Source: Octopus vulgaris
Lineage: Eukaryota
Assembly: GCA_951406725.2 (NCBI GenBank)
Contig: OX597825.1
Span: 11,284,001-11,348,000 of the forward strand
Direction: 5' to 3'
DNA: 64,000 bases
This document shows positions 12,007 to 25,462 of the stretch, piece by piece; the stretch's first letter is position 1; every line of letters begins with the position of its first letter. A program made the position numbers and the translations under genes. The notes below the pieces were generated by a model, which did no database searches, was not told the DNA's origin, and was given only the letters and a program-made list of their open reading frames with translations.

Positions 12007-13123
12007 CATAAGCAAATGATACTATTTCTCAGTTTTCTCAGTTATCACTGAGAATGAATGATAACGCGTTTCCAATCTATAAAGTCATCCTTGCTAATAA
12101 CTTAAAATATAAATACTAATACGATGTTCGCATGACAATGAAACATTGTGATAAATTTATATTATAGCTTTGTTTTAAATGAATATTTATCATCTTCAGT
12201 TAAATTTCGGACACAAGTTTTTGTGGTTTACTGATAAAGAAAATCTTATGTAAGAAAGCAAATACTTGAATATTTTATTAAATTTTTAACTTTAACGGCT
12301 TGCACAAAGCAATAACGATAATACAATTAGAAGGAATAGCTTAAGAAGTATTTTCTTCATTGTTTTTTATTCCGACAAAGAACACTTTTGTTTCGTAGGT
12401 TTTAATCTGATCATTGAAGTGGAGACTGGAATAAAATATTCTGTATTGGTCTAAATATTGTTCACCCACCATAATCCAGCTTTGTCATGCTGTGCCCAAG
12501 GAAAGTTTTTTTTCGTTTTTTAACGGAGATAAAGATCAAAGAGAAATAATGAACGGCAATCAGAGAAGCAATCAGAGAATAGGGAGTGTTTCCGCTTGTA
12601 ATACAACTTCCGTGTGCTCTCACGAGTGAGGAAGCGACGAGCATGGAGTATTTTATCGCCAAAGATGAACGTGACACCCCGAAATGTCCACCATTATTTT
12701 GTAGTTCGAATAAATCTATTATTGATATGCGGAATAAAAAAAAAAGAAGAAAACGGGGCACATAAACCAAACAAACATAAAATATAGTAATAAATGCTTC
12801 TGTTAGACAAGCATCACTTTGAAAATGTCTGAATCAGTTCAAAAAGAACAAAAACAAACGAAAGCAAGATGGCCACAGTCTAGAAATATTATGGTGTTGA
12901 AATAAGAGTTTCTTTGTTCTAGATGCGTTTACATTCATAGGTAAATATATATATATATTCGATTATTTGATACATATGCGTATATGTGTATATGCAAATG
13001 CATGTACACGCGATGTTGGATAGTTTTATGACGATCATGAGTTAATCCGGTCTGTCAGAGGTTTTGTTGTCGACGACTACAACATATAACAGATTGTATG
13101 GATCACATGCAACCAGTTCCGAC

Positions 13124-13337
13124 CACTCACTCACTCACTCACTCACTCACTCACTCACTCACTCACTCACTCACTCACTCACTCACTCACTCACTCACTC
13201 ACTCACTCACTCACTCACTCACTCACTCACTCACTCACACACTCACTCACTCACTCACTCACTCACTCACTCACTCACTCACTCACTCACTCACTCACTC
13301 ACTCACTCACTCACACACTTACTCACTCACTCACTCA
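13124..13337. repeat. (CACT)n microsatellite
   Basis: Direct inspection. Confidence 0.97.
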
Positions 13338-13722
13338 AACATGCATATATACACTCCACACACACACACGTATATATATACACACAAATATATACTTATG
13401 TTATACCATGTATGTATAAACATTTGTAGATGTGTATGTATACATAACTATGAAAACCTGTACAAATTTATGTATACATGTGTGTAAATGAATATATCTC
13501 AGCATACATATATGTGCTTATATATGTATAGGTATATATATCTTTATGTGTGTGTATGAGTAAATATGTATGTGTGTATGTATAAATTGAAAAGACTATA
13601 TAAACATACGCGTATATACATGTTGATATATCGATATATATATACATGTATGTATTAGCATATACATGTATGTCTATTTATAGCAATATGTATATGCATA
13701 TACTTATATCTCACTCTCTCTC

Positions 13723-13766
<44 letters not shown>

Positions 13767-13927
13767 GCCTCGGATCGACTCAAACTTAGTAAGTGGATTT
13801 GGTAGACGGAAACTGAAACCTCATCGTAAATAGTTAAAGACTTTTCACTTCCCGAGCGTTAAACTAATATATCTGTTCGTTGTCTACACCACCTGTCTTC
13901 ATCTTTTATTGTGAATTCCCCCCCCCC

Positions 13928-13966
<39 letters not shown>

Positions 13967-13969
13967 TAC

Positions 13970-14001
<32 letters not shown>

Positions 14002-14087
14002 AGAAGGTTGAAAAGGAACACACGAGTTGATATATCAGGAAAAAAGTCAAGGTAGAAAATGCTAAAATAATTTTATAAGCAAAATTT

Positions 14088-14123
14088 CAGTAACGGTTTC
14101 AGTCATTGAGACTTTTTCAACTG
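14088..14123 (-). ncRNA. Minimal type I hammerhead ribozyme-like motif (U3-A8 variant)
   Basis: cag UUGAAAA agtc-tcaat-gact GAAA ccg UUA ctg. Confidence 0.5.
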
Positions 14124-14284
14124 CAAGTATGGAAAACAATTAACTTTTGGAAAAATTAAAAGAAAAGTTTTTAAAAGAATATTTGCATAGTATTCAGATA
14201 CAAGTGGCATTTTCCTTGTTTCTGCCTGTCTCTGTCTCTCTCTGGCTCGATGTCGTTGTGAATTATTGGCAGAGAAGAAGAAAC

Positions 14285-14400
14285 AAGAAGAAGAAGAAGA
14301 AGAAGAAGAAGAAGAAGAAGAAGAAGAAGAAGAAGAAGAAGAAGAAGAAGAAGAAGAAGAAGAAGAAGAAGAAGAAGAAGAAGAAGAAGAAGAAGAAGAA
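14285..14400. repeat. (AAG)n microsatellite
   Basis: Direct inspection. Confidence 0.97.
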
Positions 14401-14765
14401 TGCGGGAGTGCCATGATAGTAGTAGTATGTTAAATGGTCTAGTGCCCTGAAAGTGACCCGTTGTGGATGGTAGTAGTGATTGAATTCTTGAGGCATCTCT
14501 TTTGAATGTATTGTTTATGATATTTGCGTAGGTGCTATTCTATACAGCAACAGTGTGGTGGAGAGGAAGAATACTAAGAAGAGGAAGGGAAAAGAAAAGA
14601 GAGAATAATAAAGGATGCAGGTGGTATGATAGTAGAAGGATGTTAAATGGTCAGCTAACCTATAATAAGTACTGATCTTACAAAGAATAAGTCCTGGGGT
14701 CGATTTCTTCGACTAAAAAGGCGGTGCTCCAGTATGGCCACAGTAAAATGACTGAAACAAATAAA

Positions 14766-14805
<40 letters not shown>

Positions 14806-14928
14806 CATATATATATATATATAATTATATCGATATATATATATATATGCATATAATATATACATATATATATATTTTCATATATATATAATATATATAA
14901 TATAATATAATATATATAAGTGTATCGA

Positions 14929-14977
<49 letters not shown>

Positions 14978-15073
14978 CGGGAAGCTTTATGAAAATAAAC
15001 AAAAGACGAAGGCAGGTGGAATACAAACAAACAATTGTATTAGTATGGCGCTCAGGAATATAAATAAAACAAG

Positions 15074-15111
15074 TCTTTTACGTTTCGAGCCTACGCTCTT
15101 CAACAGAAAGA
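15074..15111 (-). ncRNA. Minimal type I hammerhead ribozyme-like motif (A6 altered)
   Basis: tcttt CUGUUGA a gagc-gtag-gctc GAAA c GUA aaaga, in an island between (TA)n tracts. Confidence 0.6.
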
Positions 15112-15116
15112 TACAC

Positions 15117-15147
<31 letters not shown>

Positions 15148-15150
15148 CAT

Positions 15151-15234
<84 letters not shown>

Positions 15235-15300
15235 GGAGTAAACACAAATACATACAAGGTGGAAAAAAAGAGTACTCAAATACCAGTGGTAAGTAATATG

Positions 15301-15411
15301 CTTTATTTAAAGCAGCAGAAAATTCTACAAAACCTAATCTGAGTTTCACGTTGCCGGCAACGTGAAACTCAGAGTAACAGGTTTTGTAAATTTTCTGCTG
15401 CTTTAAATAAA

Positions 15412-15412
<1 letters not shown>
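15301..15412. repeat. Near-perfect palindrome (fold-back)
   Basis: ctttatttaaagcagcagaaaatt...tctgagtttcacgttgcc|ggcaacgtgaaactcaga...aattttctgctgctttaaataaag, centred at 15355/15356. Confidence 0.92.
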
Positions 15413-15457
<45 letters not shown>

Positions 15458-15476
15458 GTACGAATACAAACGCATA

Positions 15477-15512
<36 letters not shown>

Positions 15513-16260
15513 TAAAAGTACATGGTGCGTATGTTGTTTCTGTGCACTCGCCATATTGGCGTAATAGTAATTTCCACGTGAATTGTTTTCCTGCATTAGG
15601 GATCTCGATTACAGCCAGTAATCTTTTGTATTCACGAACACTATCCGCCCCCCATCTCCGCCCTTCGCCTTCACCCTCACTTTTTTCCTTCCACAGGCAG
15701 AAAATTTACAACTTCCAATTTAGCTTTCGAACCTCTCAAAAAGCTACATGCTTATATAAACAAATTATTAATTAATTGATATTTCTTGTCTATTTAGTTT
15801 GATTGCTTGTTTGTTTTGTTGTTTTGTTGTTTTGTTGTTTCTTTTTCTTTTTTTTCTTTTTCCACTTGTAGCTTGATTAAATAGTATGAATATGTAAGCC
15901 GAGGTGAGAATCAATTTCAAGGAAGAAAAATTCCAGAACGGAATCTGATTGTCAAATTGCGAGAGTCAGTTGATGAAGGTGGCGAAGGGAGGGAGGGAAG
16001 GAGGCAGGGAGGCATGGAGGAAGAGAGGGAGAGAGGAAAGGAGTCATCTGTGAACCATAGAACTTGTTTATTTTAAAACTTTTGAAATAAATAACGCAAT
16101 CAATTAGAGCCTTACGTGTTTGAAGTAATTTTCCATTGTTTGTTTCAATGTCATTTTTCTATTTGTTTTCGAGGGACACACACACACACACATATTATTA
16201 TAGATGCACATATATATATATACGCACTCATATATATATATATATATACACACACGCAAA

Positions 16261-16291
<31 letters not shown>

Positions 16292-16542
16292 ACATACATC
16301 TATATACATACATATATATACATATATATATATATATACACACACACATATATAGATACATATATGCACATACATACACCCGCATATAAATATATACTTA
16401 TATACCGATATAACTATACATACACACATATATATATATATATGTATACACATATATACCTGCGCACACGCACATACATATGTATATAATGCATACATAC
16501 ATATATATATATAGTTACATATATATACATATATATATACAT

Positions 16543-16576
<34 letters not shown>

Positions 16577-17453
16577 GTGTGCAACCACATATATATAACG
16601 AAGAGAAGGAGTAGGTGGAAGTGAGGTGGGGAGAAGATATTCATTAATCTTTTAGGGAAAGCCTGTCGAAAGAAATTTGTAAAATGTTGTTTAGAAAGGG
16701 AGATTGTGGAAGTGAAGAATGTCGACATAAATCAGCGTACAAAGAACCTATTTAGATGAAGATTTTCCCCTCTAGATTACGCTAAGAAAAAAAAGAAGAA
16801 AGCAAAAAAATAAGCGAAACAAACAAAGAAAGGTATCAATTATCCGGAATAATTAGCAGAGGAAAAAAGAATTGAAACAAAACAAAAATAAAAATTTGAA
16901 GGGGGAAAAAAAAAAACAAGATATTTAGCCTTCCACTTTGTTATCATCTTTTCAGCTTTATTTAAAATTGCATCTTCAGCAAACTGCAAATTTTACATTA
17001 ACAGCAAGCCGAAGAAGAAAATTGTTCAAGAAGTCCTTGCTTTCTTTTGACGAGGTTTAAAAGCTGTGTAGTTTATGAAGAGAAAGAATTGTGTCTTGAC
17101 TTTCATGCATTTCGTAAATTCAAGTTGTGTAATTAAATTTAAATGATTTCAGTTGGAAATCAAATAATTTCAAAAGTAGTGTCTTTGTTGAAGTCGAATT
17201 ATCCATTGTGTAGTCAGGGTTACCACAGAAAAATATCATGTTTTAAGTTGTGCTTTGAGAGGCAAGTTAGTATGGCAGAGACTAATCCTACTTCGATTTA
17301 CTCACACAAGAATTGAAATCAATACTGATCAGTGGAGATATTTATATTGAACTGTTTATTCGCCGTTAAATGGGTTATGCCACGTAAAGAGTTAATATAT
17401 CTTGGTTATGGAATCAATGTAAAGTAGGTGTTCTCATCTTCATGTATAATTAT

Positions 17454-17857
17454 TATTTCTTTATTGCCCACAAGGGGCTAAACATAGAGGGGATAAACAA
17501 GGACACACAAAGGGATTAAGTCGATTACATCGACCCCAGTGCGTAACTGCGACCCCGAAAGGATGAAAGGCATAGTCGACCTCGGCGGAATTTGAACTCA
17601 GAACGTAACGGCAGACAAAATACCTATTTCTTTACTACCCACAAGGGGCTAAACACAGAGAGGACAAACAAGGACAGATAAACGGATTAAGTCGATTATA
17701 TCGACTCCAGTGTGTAACTGGTACTTAATTTATCGACCCCGAAAGGACGAAAGGAAAAGTCGACCTCGGCGGAATTTGAACTCAGAACGTAACGGCAGAC
17801 GAAATATGGCTACGTATTTCACCCGGCGTGTTAACGTTTCTGCCAGCTCACTGCCTT
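17454..17857 (-). mobile_element. Family A SINE dimer
   Basis: Two bodies joined at aaatac-c-tatttcttt (~17623), the same junction as in the tetramer. Confidence 0.9.
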
Positions 17858-18867
17858 CATATATAATTCTAATCCCGTCCAGGGTGTTTTAAGTAGGAAT
17901 ATACATCGAGTCCAGTACTTAACTGGAGCTGTAATTCATTGGCACCTCAAGGATTAAAGACTTAAGTTAACCACAGCAGAAAGTGAACTCAGAACGTCAA
18001 GGGCTGTAGCTAAATACCGTTGGGCATTTTCTACTGCATTCATGATTGTTTGGTTTGCAGTTCGCTTTCCTATTGATTCGGATGTCAATGCTTTCTTCAA
18101 TAAAAATAAACACAGAGAATAAAAAAAAACCCACCAGCAACAAAGAGAAACAAAAGAAAAACGACAAAAAACAAAGAAACAATGGGAAATTATTGGAAAA
18201 AGTCACGATTGTGATATATTGACGAAACTCTGTTCTGATACACTTCTAATTGGTTGATTTGTGTATGAAACGTTTTGTTTGTAATCTTTGATTTCACGAT
18301 ACGTCATGGAGTGAATCGAGTATTCGTATATCAGAGTGAACTAGACAAGGACTGAACTTCTATGCTGTCGGTCTATTCTATAATGCTACTAGACAATCCT
18401 CTTAACAAAGTTCCTTTTCTTGATTATAATGAAGAAGACTATATCCCTGTATTTTAAATCGAAAGTCCAATTACAACAAGAGTCCTCTTTATAAAACTCA
18501 AAATGGTAAGTGGACTTCGTGTTCACTCGCTCTACACGAAATAACAACTAATCTAAGGTAAAAATGTAGGAAGAACACGGCGGATAATATGCTTCTAGAC
18601 ACATTGTGAAAATTAACGTAAAAGTCACAGCTTGAACACCGTTTTTACGATAGATATGTTTTTTATGATAGATACGGTTTTACGATAGATATGTTCAACT
18701 GGAGCTAATCAAATAGCTCAGCAATAATTAACAATGAAGATGGCAACTGTTAGAAACGAAGCTCGCATAGTTGTCCAAGTGGTGGTTTCTTTTGTATTAT
18801 AAGTCTGCAACAGAAGAGTTAGTTGGGAGACATCTAACTGCCTAAACTATTTAGTTCTGTGTGTTCT

Positions 18868-19065
18868 TGTTTCTTTATTGCCCACAAGGGGCTAAACATA
18901 GAGGACACAAACAAGGACAGACAAAGGAATTAAGTCGATTACATCGACCCCGAAAAATGAAAGGCAAAGTCGACCTCGGCGGAATTTGAACTCAGAACGT
19001 AACGGCAGGCGAAATACCGTTTAGCATTTCGCCCAGCGTACTAACGTTTCTGCCAGCTCGCCGCC
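18868..19065 (-). mobile_element. Family A SINE with 49-bp flanking duplication
   Basis: Direct repeats 18819-18867 and 19066-19114, one mismatch. Confidence 0.9.
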
Positions 19066-19627
19066 TTAGTTGGGAGACATATAACTGCCTAAACTATTTA
19101 GTTCTGTGTGTTCTGTGTGTCTTTGAGAGTTACTTAAAATGTTATGAAGAAAACAAAATGTTTAACAACCCTAATCCTAGCCTTGAAACTGAGATATATA
19201 CCGCAGGTTAATTTCTTTACTATAGGGGTTAGGTGCAAATGTTTTACTAATGTGCAGCATTGAATTCAAACCGTTTAGTGGGCAAAAGTATATGAGTGTT
19301 TAAATAAGCGTTGTAGCAGCAGAAGTATTAGCAGAAAAAAATAAACAACAATAAGAAAAAAAATGGCGGTCGGTATCTTAAGAGAGAAATTTAAATTCAT
19401 TTCGTCTGTGTTCCCAGTCTCTGTAGGCCGTGCTTTTGCTTATATTAACCCGGTTTTATGAATGGCATGTTCCAGTCATCCATCAGATATGGTTCAGTGA
19501 TTAACTGCCCACCGTTTATAGTTCCTGGAAAACATGGCGTGCTTTTGTTAATCATTGTAACCGCCAGGTGGCGAGAACAAGAAGAAAGTGTCTATAGAAT
19601 CGATGTTTACCGTGTGTTTTCTGTTTG

Positions 19628-19890
19628 TGGAGGCGTGTGGCTTAGTGGTTAGGGTGTCAGCATCATGATCGTAAGATTGTGGTTTCGATTCCTTGACCGG
19701 ACGACGCGTTGTGTTCTTGAGCAAAACACTTCATTTCACGTTGCTCCAGTCCACTCAGCTGGCAAAAATGAGTAACGCTGCGATGGACTGGCGTCCCGTT
19801 CACCTGAGGAACACATAGGCCATTGAAACCGGGAAACCTGAGCCCATGAGCCTGGCTAGGCTTTAAAAGGGCGCATTTATTATTATTTAT
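19628..19890 (+). mobile_element. tRNA-derived SINE, family B
   Basis: tggcttagtggttaggg (A box), ggtttcgattcc (B box), gtgttcttgagcaaaacactt core and (ttat)n tail; homologous to 31718-31945. Confidence 0.88.
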
Positions 19891-20514
19891 GTGTTTTCTG
19901 TTCCTGGTTGGAAACTAGCTGTACGATTCAGAAAGCGGACACTGCATCATCCCTTCCTATCGAATAAACTATATTTCAATCTATGTGGTCAAAAGAAATA
20001 TATAATCCTACCCACGTCATCTCAAGGAAAGTTGATTCTGTAACCCGGTTTTGAAACTTGGTCGAAGTCAGTTATACTTAAGAGAAAGTCTGGGACATTC
20101 TTCACATATATCTATTAATCTCTCTTATAAAATGATAAAACGAATGTATGACTTTGTGTCTCAGTGAGAAATCAGTCTGGTAATTTAATCAATTTTGTGT
20201 ATGAGGCGTATTAAGTTTTGCAGACTAGTTTTACAAAAAATTAAAATCGATATTTTAGTTGATGTTCATGTTCTTTCATTAGCTTGTAATCCTCACAGCA
20301 GTAATAAATATGTTTACATACACAAAATGTATTAATTCATAAGCCGTGTAGTATATTATGTAATTAATTGTTATCTAATTAATAGAGACTCTGTTCGTCA
20401 TAGCGGGGTGAACAACATTGTCCACGATGAAAGGCGTCCTACTGGCCAACGACTAGTTTTCTGAATTTACCGACGGTGAGAGCTACAATGCGGCGTTTGT
20501 AATTCAGAGGAATA

Positions 20515-20517
<3 letters not shown>

Positions 20518-20592
<75 letters not shown>
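20518..20592. repeat. (AG)n microsatellite
   Basis: Direct inspection. Confidence 0.95.
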
Positions 20593-21286
20593 GTACGATT
20601 GAAGTTAATGAGAACTGCAAAGTGTTAAAGCCGATTTTCAAAGTGTTATTACTGAAGTGAGGAAACATTAAACATTAGACGATTAGCGTACACCTTATCC
20701 ACTCGGCTATTTCAGCTCCTCTGGCGTCTTATATAATAACTATAATAATAGCATTTATCTAAATCATAAGCGATCACTTTTTTTTTCTTCTATTCAACGT
20801 TATTGATCTGCATTTTAATTGCAAAACAACTGATATTGAGCTGCAGTATGTTTGAATGTAAGAATCAATAAAAATAAACAAGAGCTGGCGTGAGGATGTC
20901 GAAGGAAATTTTGTCAGAAATTGATTCGAGATAATAGCTGAAACACTACGTAGGCTTTCAATTATAGAAGCTATAACTTTGATGACTAATTATTTTTCTT
21001 GCTTGTTTATTGAGAATTGACTGGATCAAAGCAATTTTCCTTCTCAGGTATTGATCAAGGGGAGAAAGTAATAGGGTCTTTTAGAAAACTTTAATATGAA
21101 AGGCGATATAATCGCTATGGTGAACTACTAATTCAAATATAGTGGATGAAAATCTGCCCTTACATTGATGACGTGCAGATGACAAAGTTTTTTTTTCTTC
21201 TGTAAATTAAAATGATTAAATACGTGTACTCATGGGTGGGTGTGAATATTTTGTAAAATTTTATTACATAATATATATATGTATAT

Positions 21287-21519
21287 AAGGCGGCGAGCTG
21301 GCAGAAACGTTAGCTCGCCGGGCGAAATGCGTAGCCGTATTTCGTCTGCCGTTACTTTGTGAGTTCAAATTCCGCCGAGGTCAGCTTTGCCTTTCAAACT
21401 TTCGGGCTCGATAAATTAAGTACCAGTTACGCACTGGGGTCGATGTTATCGTCTTAATCCCTTTGCCTGTCCTTGTTTGTCCCCTCTATGTTTAGCCCCT
21501 TGTGGGCAGTAAAGAAATA
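21287..21519 (+). mobile_element. Full-length family A SINE
   Basis: ggcggcgagctggcagaaacgttag...gagttcaaattcc...ccccttgtgggcagtaaagaaata. Confidence 0.92.
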
Positions 21520-21533
21520 TATATATATAATAG

Positions 21534-21566
<33 letters not shown>

Positions 21567-21570
<4 letters not shown>

Positions 21571-21883
21571 GGCGAGTGGGTTAGTGTATTGGGCTCATGA
21601 TTGTAAGGTTGTGAGTTCGATTCCTGGCGACGCGTTGTGTCCTTGAGCAAGGCACTTTATTTTATGTTGCTGCAGTCCACTCAGCTGGCAAAAATGAGAT
21701 CTACGTGTAATTTAAAGAACTAGGCTTGTCCCATTCTGTGTAGCTCTGAATCTCTCTGAGAACAATGTTAAGAACACACGTGTCTGTGGAGTGCTCAGCC
21801 ACCTGCACGTTAATTTCACGAGCAGGCTGTTTTATCGATCGGATAAACTGGAACACTCGTCGTCGTAACCGACGGAGTGCCAG
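21567..21883 (+). mobile_element. SINE with family B head/core and family C tail
   Basis: Head and core match 19628-19890; the tail acacgtgtctgtggagtgctcagccac matches the reverse complement of 7014-7120. Confidence 0.8.
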
Positions 21884-22506
21884 TTTATAAATAGTAGCTT
21901 GCCTTTAGACAGAAAGCTGCAGACAATTTGGAATGTAAAATTGAAATAAGCGTATTTCTCTGTACATTGGTTCAAATAAAGCAACGGTACAAAACAAGCG
22001 GAAATAATCCGGTGATAATGGAATAAATTTAGTTTCACTTGAGTGGTTAAAGAATGTTATCTAAAGACGTGAACGGATTTTCACTAGATTCTGCTCAATA
22101 TCTCCAGATTGGTCAAGCACATAGTATAACATGCAGGTTGTTCTCTCCGAATGTTCCAGCTTTGGAAAGATTACTGGGAGATATTTTAAAATAATGTTTT
22201 GCACGATCGGATTTGATTAATTTTTTTTTTCAGTTTCGCATGGACAGATGTCGACTGCTGAAGTACTAAGATCACTATAAGACGATCTGCGAGCCGGTTT
22301 CAACTTCCGGTTGAATTTCCACAAATTTATATTACACCGCTAATGTCTTAACATGTCAGACATAAATTCGATCGTTGATTTTTCATTTAATATTGATTTA
22401 AAATTTTGGCATAAGGCCATCAACTTCGGATGAGAGGAAAAATCTATTACATCGACCTCAGTGTTCGACTGCTACTCTTTTTCATTTAATATTAATCCTT
22501 TCCGGG

Positions 22507-22725
22507 AGGCGGCGAGCTGGCAGAATCGTCATCGCGCCGGAAAATCTGCTTAGCGGCATTTCTTCCAACTTTATGTTCTGAGTTCAAATTCCGCCGAGGT
22601 CGACTTTGCCTTTCATCCTTTCGGATCGATAAAATAAGTACCAGTCGAGCACTTAGGTCAATGTAATTGACTCACACCCTCCCCCGAAATTGCTGGCCTT
22701 GTGTCAATATTTGAAACCAATATTA
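22507..22725 (+). mobile_element. Family A SINE
   Basis: Matches the family consensus; an inverted partial copy lies at about 22400-22480. Confidence 0.88.
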
Positions 22726-22970
22726 TTTGAATTAACATCAAAAACCATATGCACTGCAGTGGTTTATAAATGTTGTTGTTCTATCTTTCGTCTACAACAT
22801 TTGTTTATTGTTTTCAAAACTTGACTAAACTTTACTACGTTTTAGGCAATCTATTCAGACCTATGACGATAGAGTGCCAAGTCGAATGAAAATCGAAAGA
22901 ATTTATCTGACAATCCAATACAGTAGTACCTTGGTTTCCGAACAACAACTCTAATCACTAATAAATCGTG

Positions 22971-23061
<91 letters not shown>

Positions 23062-23121
23062 ATTTGATTTGATTTTTCCAGTTTCAGCTAATGAGCTGTG
23101 GCCATGCTGGGGCACCGCCAT

Positions 23122-23167
<46 letters not shown>

Positions 23168-23176
23168 CTCTCTCTA

Positions 23177-23232
<56 letters not shown>

Positions 23233-23344
23233 TATAATGACCACTAAGTGGACATCCAATATGCTAGAAGAAGATCACCTAACTAAAAAAGAAAAGAATG
23301 TTCTCTAGAGAAATTCAGCAGACACCAGAACCCTCATCACCCTC

Positions 23345-23380
<36 letters not shown>

Positions 23381-23501
23381 TAAGGATAACTTCTTAATAA
23401 GGAATCTTAACAAGAAATTATCAGGTAGATAGCGTGAAAAACCTCATAAGAGAAAAATTTCGAAAATAATTCTTTCTTATTGAACATATTAATTTATATA
23501 T

Positions 23502-23625
23502 AGAGGGCATTATTACACATACATGCCACACGCTAAGAGGGACATTAGTCATTTCTACCCAAAAATTATTTTTGGTAGAAATGACTAATGTCCCTCTTAG
23601 CGTGTGGCATGTATGTGTAATAATG

Positions 23626-23631
<6 letters not shown>
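23502..23631. repeat. Near-perfect 130-bp palindrome
   Basis: agagggcattattacacatacatgccacacgctaagagggacattagtcatttctacc(c)aaaaa-tta-tttttggtagaaatg...gccctct. Confidence 0.95.
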
Positions 23632-23692
<61 letters not shown>

Positions 23693-24184
23693 AACCACAA
23701 TTTATTCGTGATCAGAGTTGTTCGAAAACCGAGCTACTACTGTATTTGAAAAATACATTAACGTCACGCACTCTCTTTCACTTCTCTTCAAATGTTTGTC
23801 AGTCAATACCAAATGCAGAAGACAGTCTTGATCTATTTGAGTGAATTGAACTATCTAGCACATTGGTTGACACACAATATCAGTTGAAACACGAGTTCAA
23901 TCCAGGGTTTCTAAATAGTTAAGAATCTCATTCGAATTATTTCCTATGTGTGTCAACTCATTACTCTGTTTCAAAAGTCAATATTTCAATATATGAACAT
24001 GAATAATAATATTTGAAGAATAAATGTGATGGGTTATTTGAGGTGTTAGTAATATTGCTATAGATTGGAATTGAAACTACTTCGATAAAAAAGTTAATAC
24101 AACTTAGAACAGAGAAGTAGATATATAATTCTATTGAATTGTATAGTTTAACCTAAAAAAATGAAAAAATCAGTGTATAAAGAA

Positions 24185-24279
<95 letters not shown>

Positions 24280-25462
24280 ATATACATACATATACATATA
24301 TATATATAGACACATATATGTATTGTGTGTGTATATAATACACACACATATATGTATGTATGCCTGTATACACATGGATGTAGGGAAAAATAATCAAAGT
24401 TGAATTCCAAAGATAAAAATGAGACACAGATGGAGTAAATGCTATGAAAGCGAAGGATGGCAAGAAAGAGAGGGGGGAGAGGGGGAGGGAGAGAGGGAGA
24501 GAGGGAGAGAGGGAGAGAGGGAGAGAGGAGTCAGAGGTAATTTAAAGACCAGAAGAGACAGGAAGAAAACGAAATGACAGAGAGAAAGAGAATAAAGAAG
24601 TGCGAAATATATGGCTAGAGAATAAATGAGAAGAGAAGAGAAAGATGGAGAGAGAGAAAGATACATAGAGAGAGAGAGAGAGAGAGAGAGAAGATAAAGA
24701 ACGAAAAGAAAGAAAGAGAGAGAGAAAGAGAGAAAGAGAGTAAATGAAAAACAGAGGATGAGAGATAGTTAGAAAGAGAAAGAAAAGCGTGAGAAAATAG
24801 ATTTTGTTGGAATGCAAAAGAGGAGGAAAACTAGATATTAATGTGAAAAAGTAAAGAGAAATTTTGAATAGAAGATGATGTGAGAAAAGCTGATTAACAA
24901 GATAAAGTGGAAGTTAGCAAATCTAAGCCGTCTGATGAAGAAGTTCGGTTTATTTAAGACTTCTTTTGCAAAGCCATACAAATGATGCCAATGTAAAAGC
25001 TGAGAAAGAGATAAGAAACTACTTCGTCGCCCATATTGAAGATTATCGTCTGTTAAACACAAACTAATATCTCAGCTTTTTCTATAGTTCTTTCATTAAG
25101 ACTTACTTTTCATTTATTCTTAGTCACTCACCTAGATCACAATATTCTTTAGTCTGTCAGATTGTCACATAGACTTACCTTTTAAAAATATTTAACCCAC
25201 ATTTAGACCTCAAATTTGCAAGTTCGTTAGATTGTAGGGTAGAATATGACCGAGGTCAATTTTTGCCTTTTTATCGAGTCCATAAATAAAGTACCCGGCC
25301 ATTTTGTGATCATTCTTTCACGTTCTCTTTCTCTTTTGGCTCTCCTTTATTCCCTCTCTGTTTATCTCTATGTTTCTCTCTGTCTGTCTTTTTCTCTATT
25401 CGTAAATCAAAGACCTAGTTCTATCATATTGTGTCGTACTAATTGAACTTGAGAATTGTCCT

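Noticed and set aside
15872-15903. Possible plus-strand micro-exon after a pyrimidine tract
   Set aside because: The T-rich tract is low-complexity and there are competing weak donors; insufficient support.
19628-19700. tRNA gene-like sequences (also ~7250-7322, 31718 and 41316)
   Set aside because: They are SINE heads that run on into SINE bodies, with no closed cloverleaf or terminator.
24932-24968. CUGAUGA followed by the hairpin agaagtt/gacttct
   Set aside because: Followed by TTTG instead of GAAA, with no cleavage triplet or stem I.
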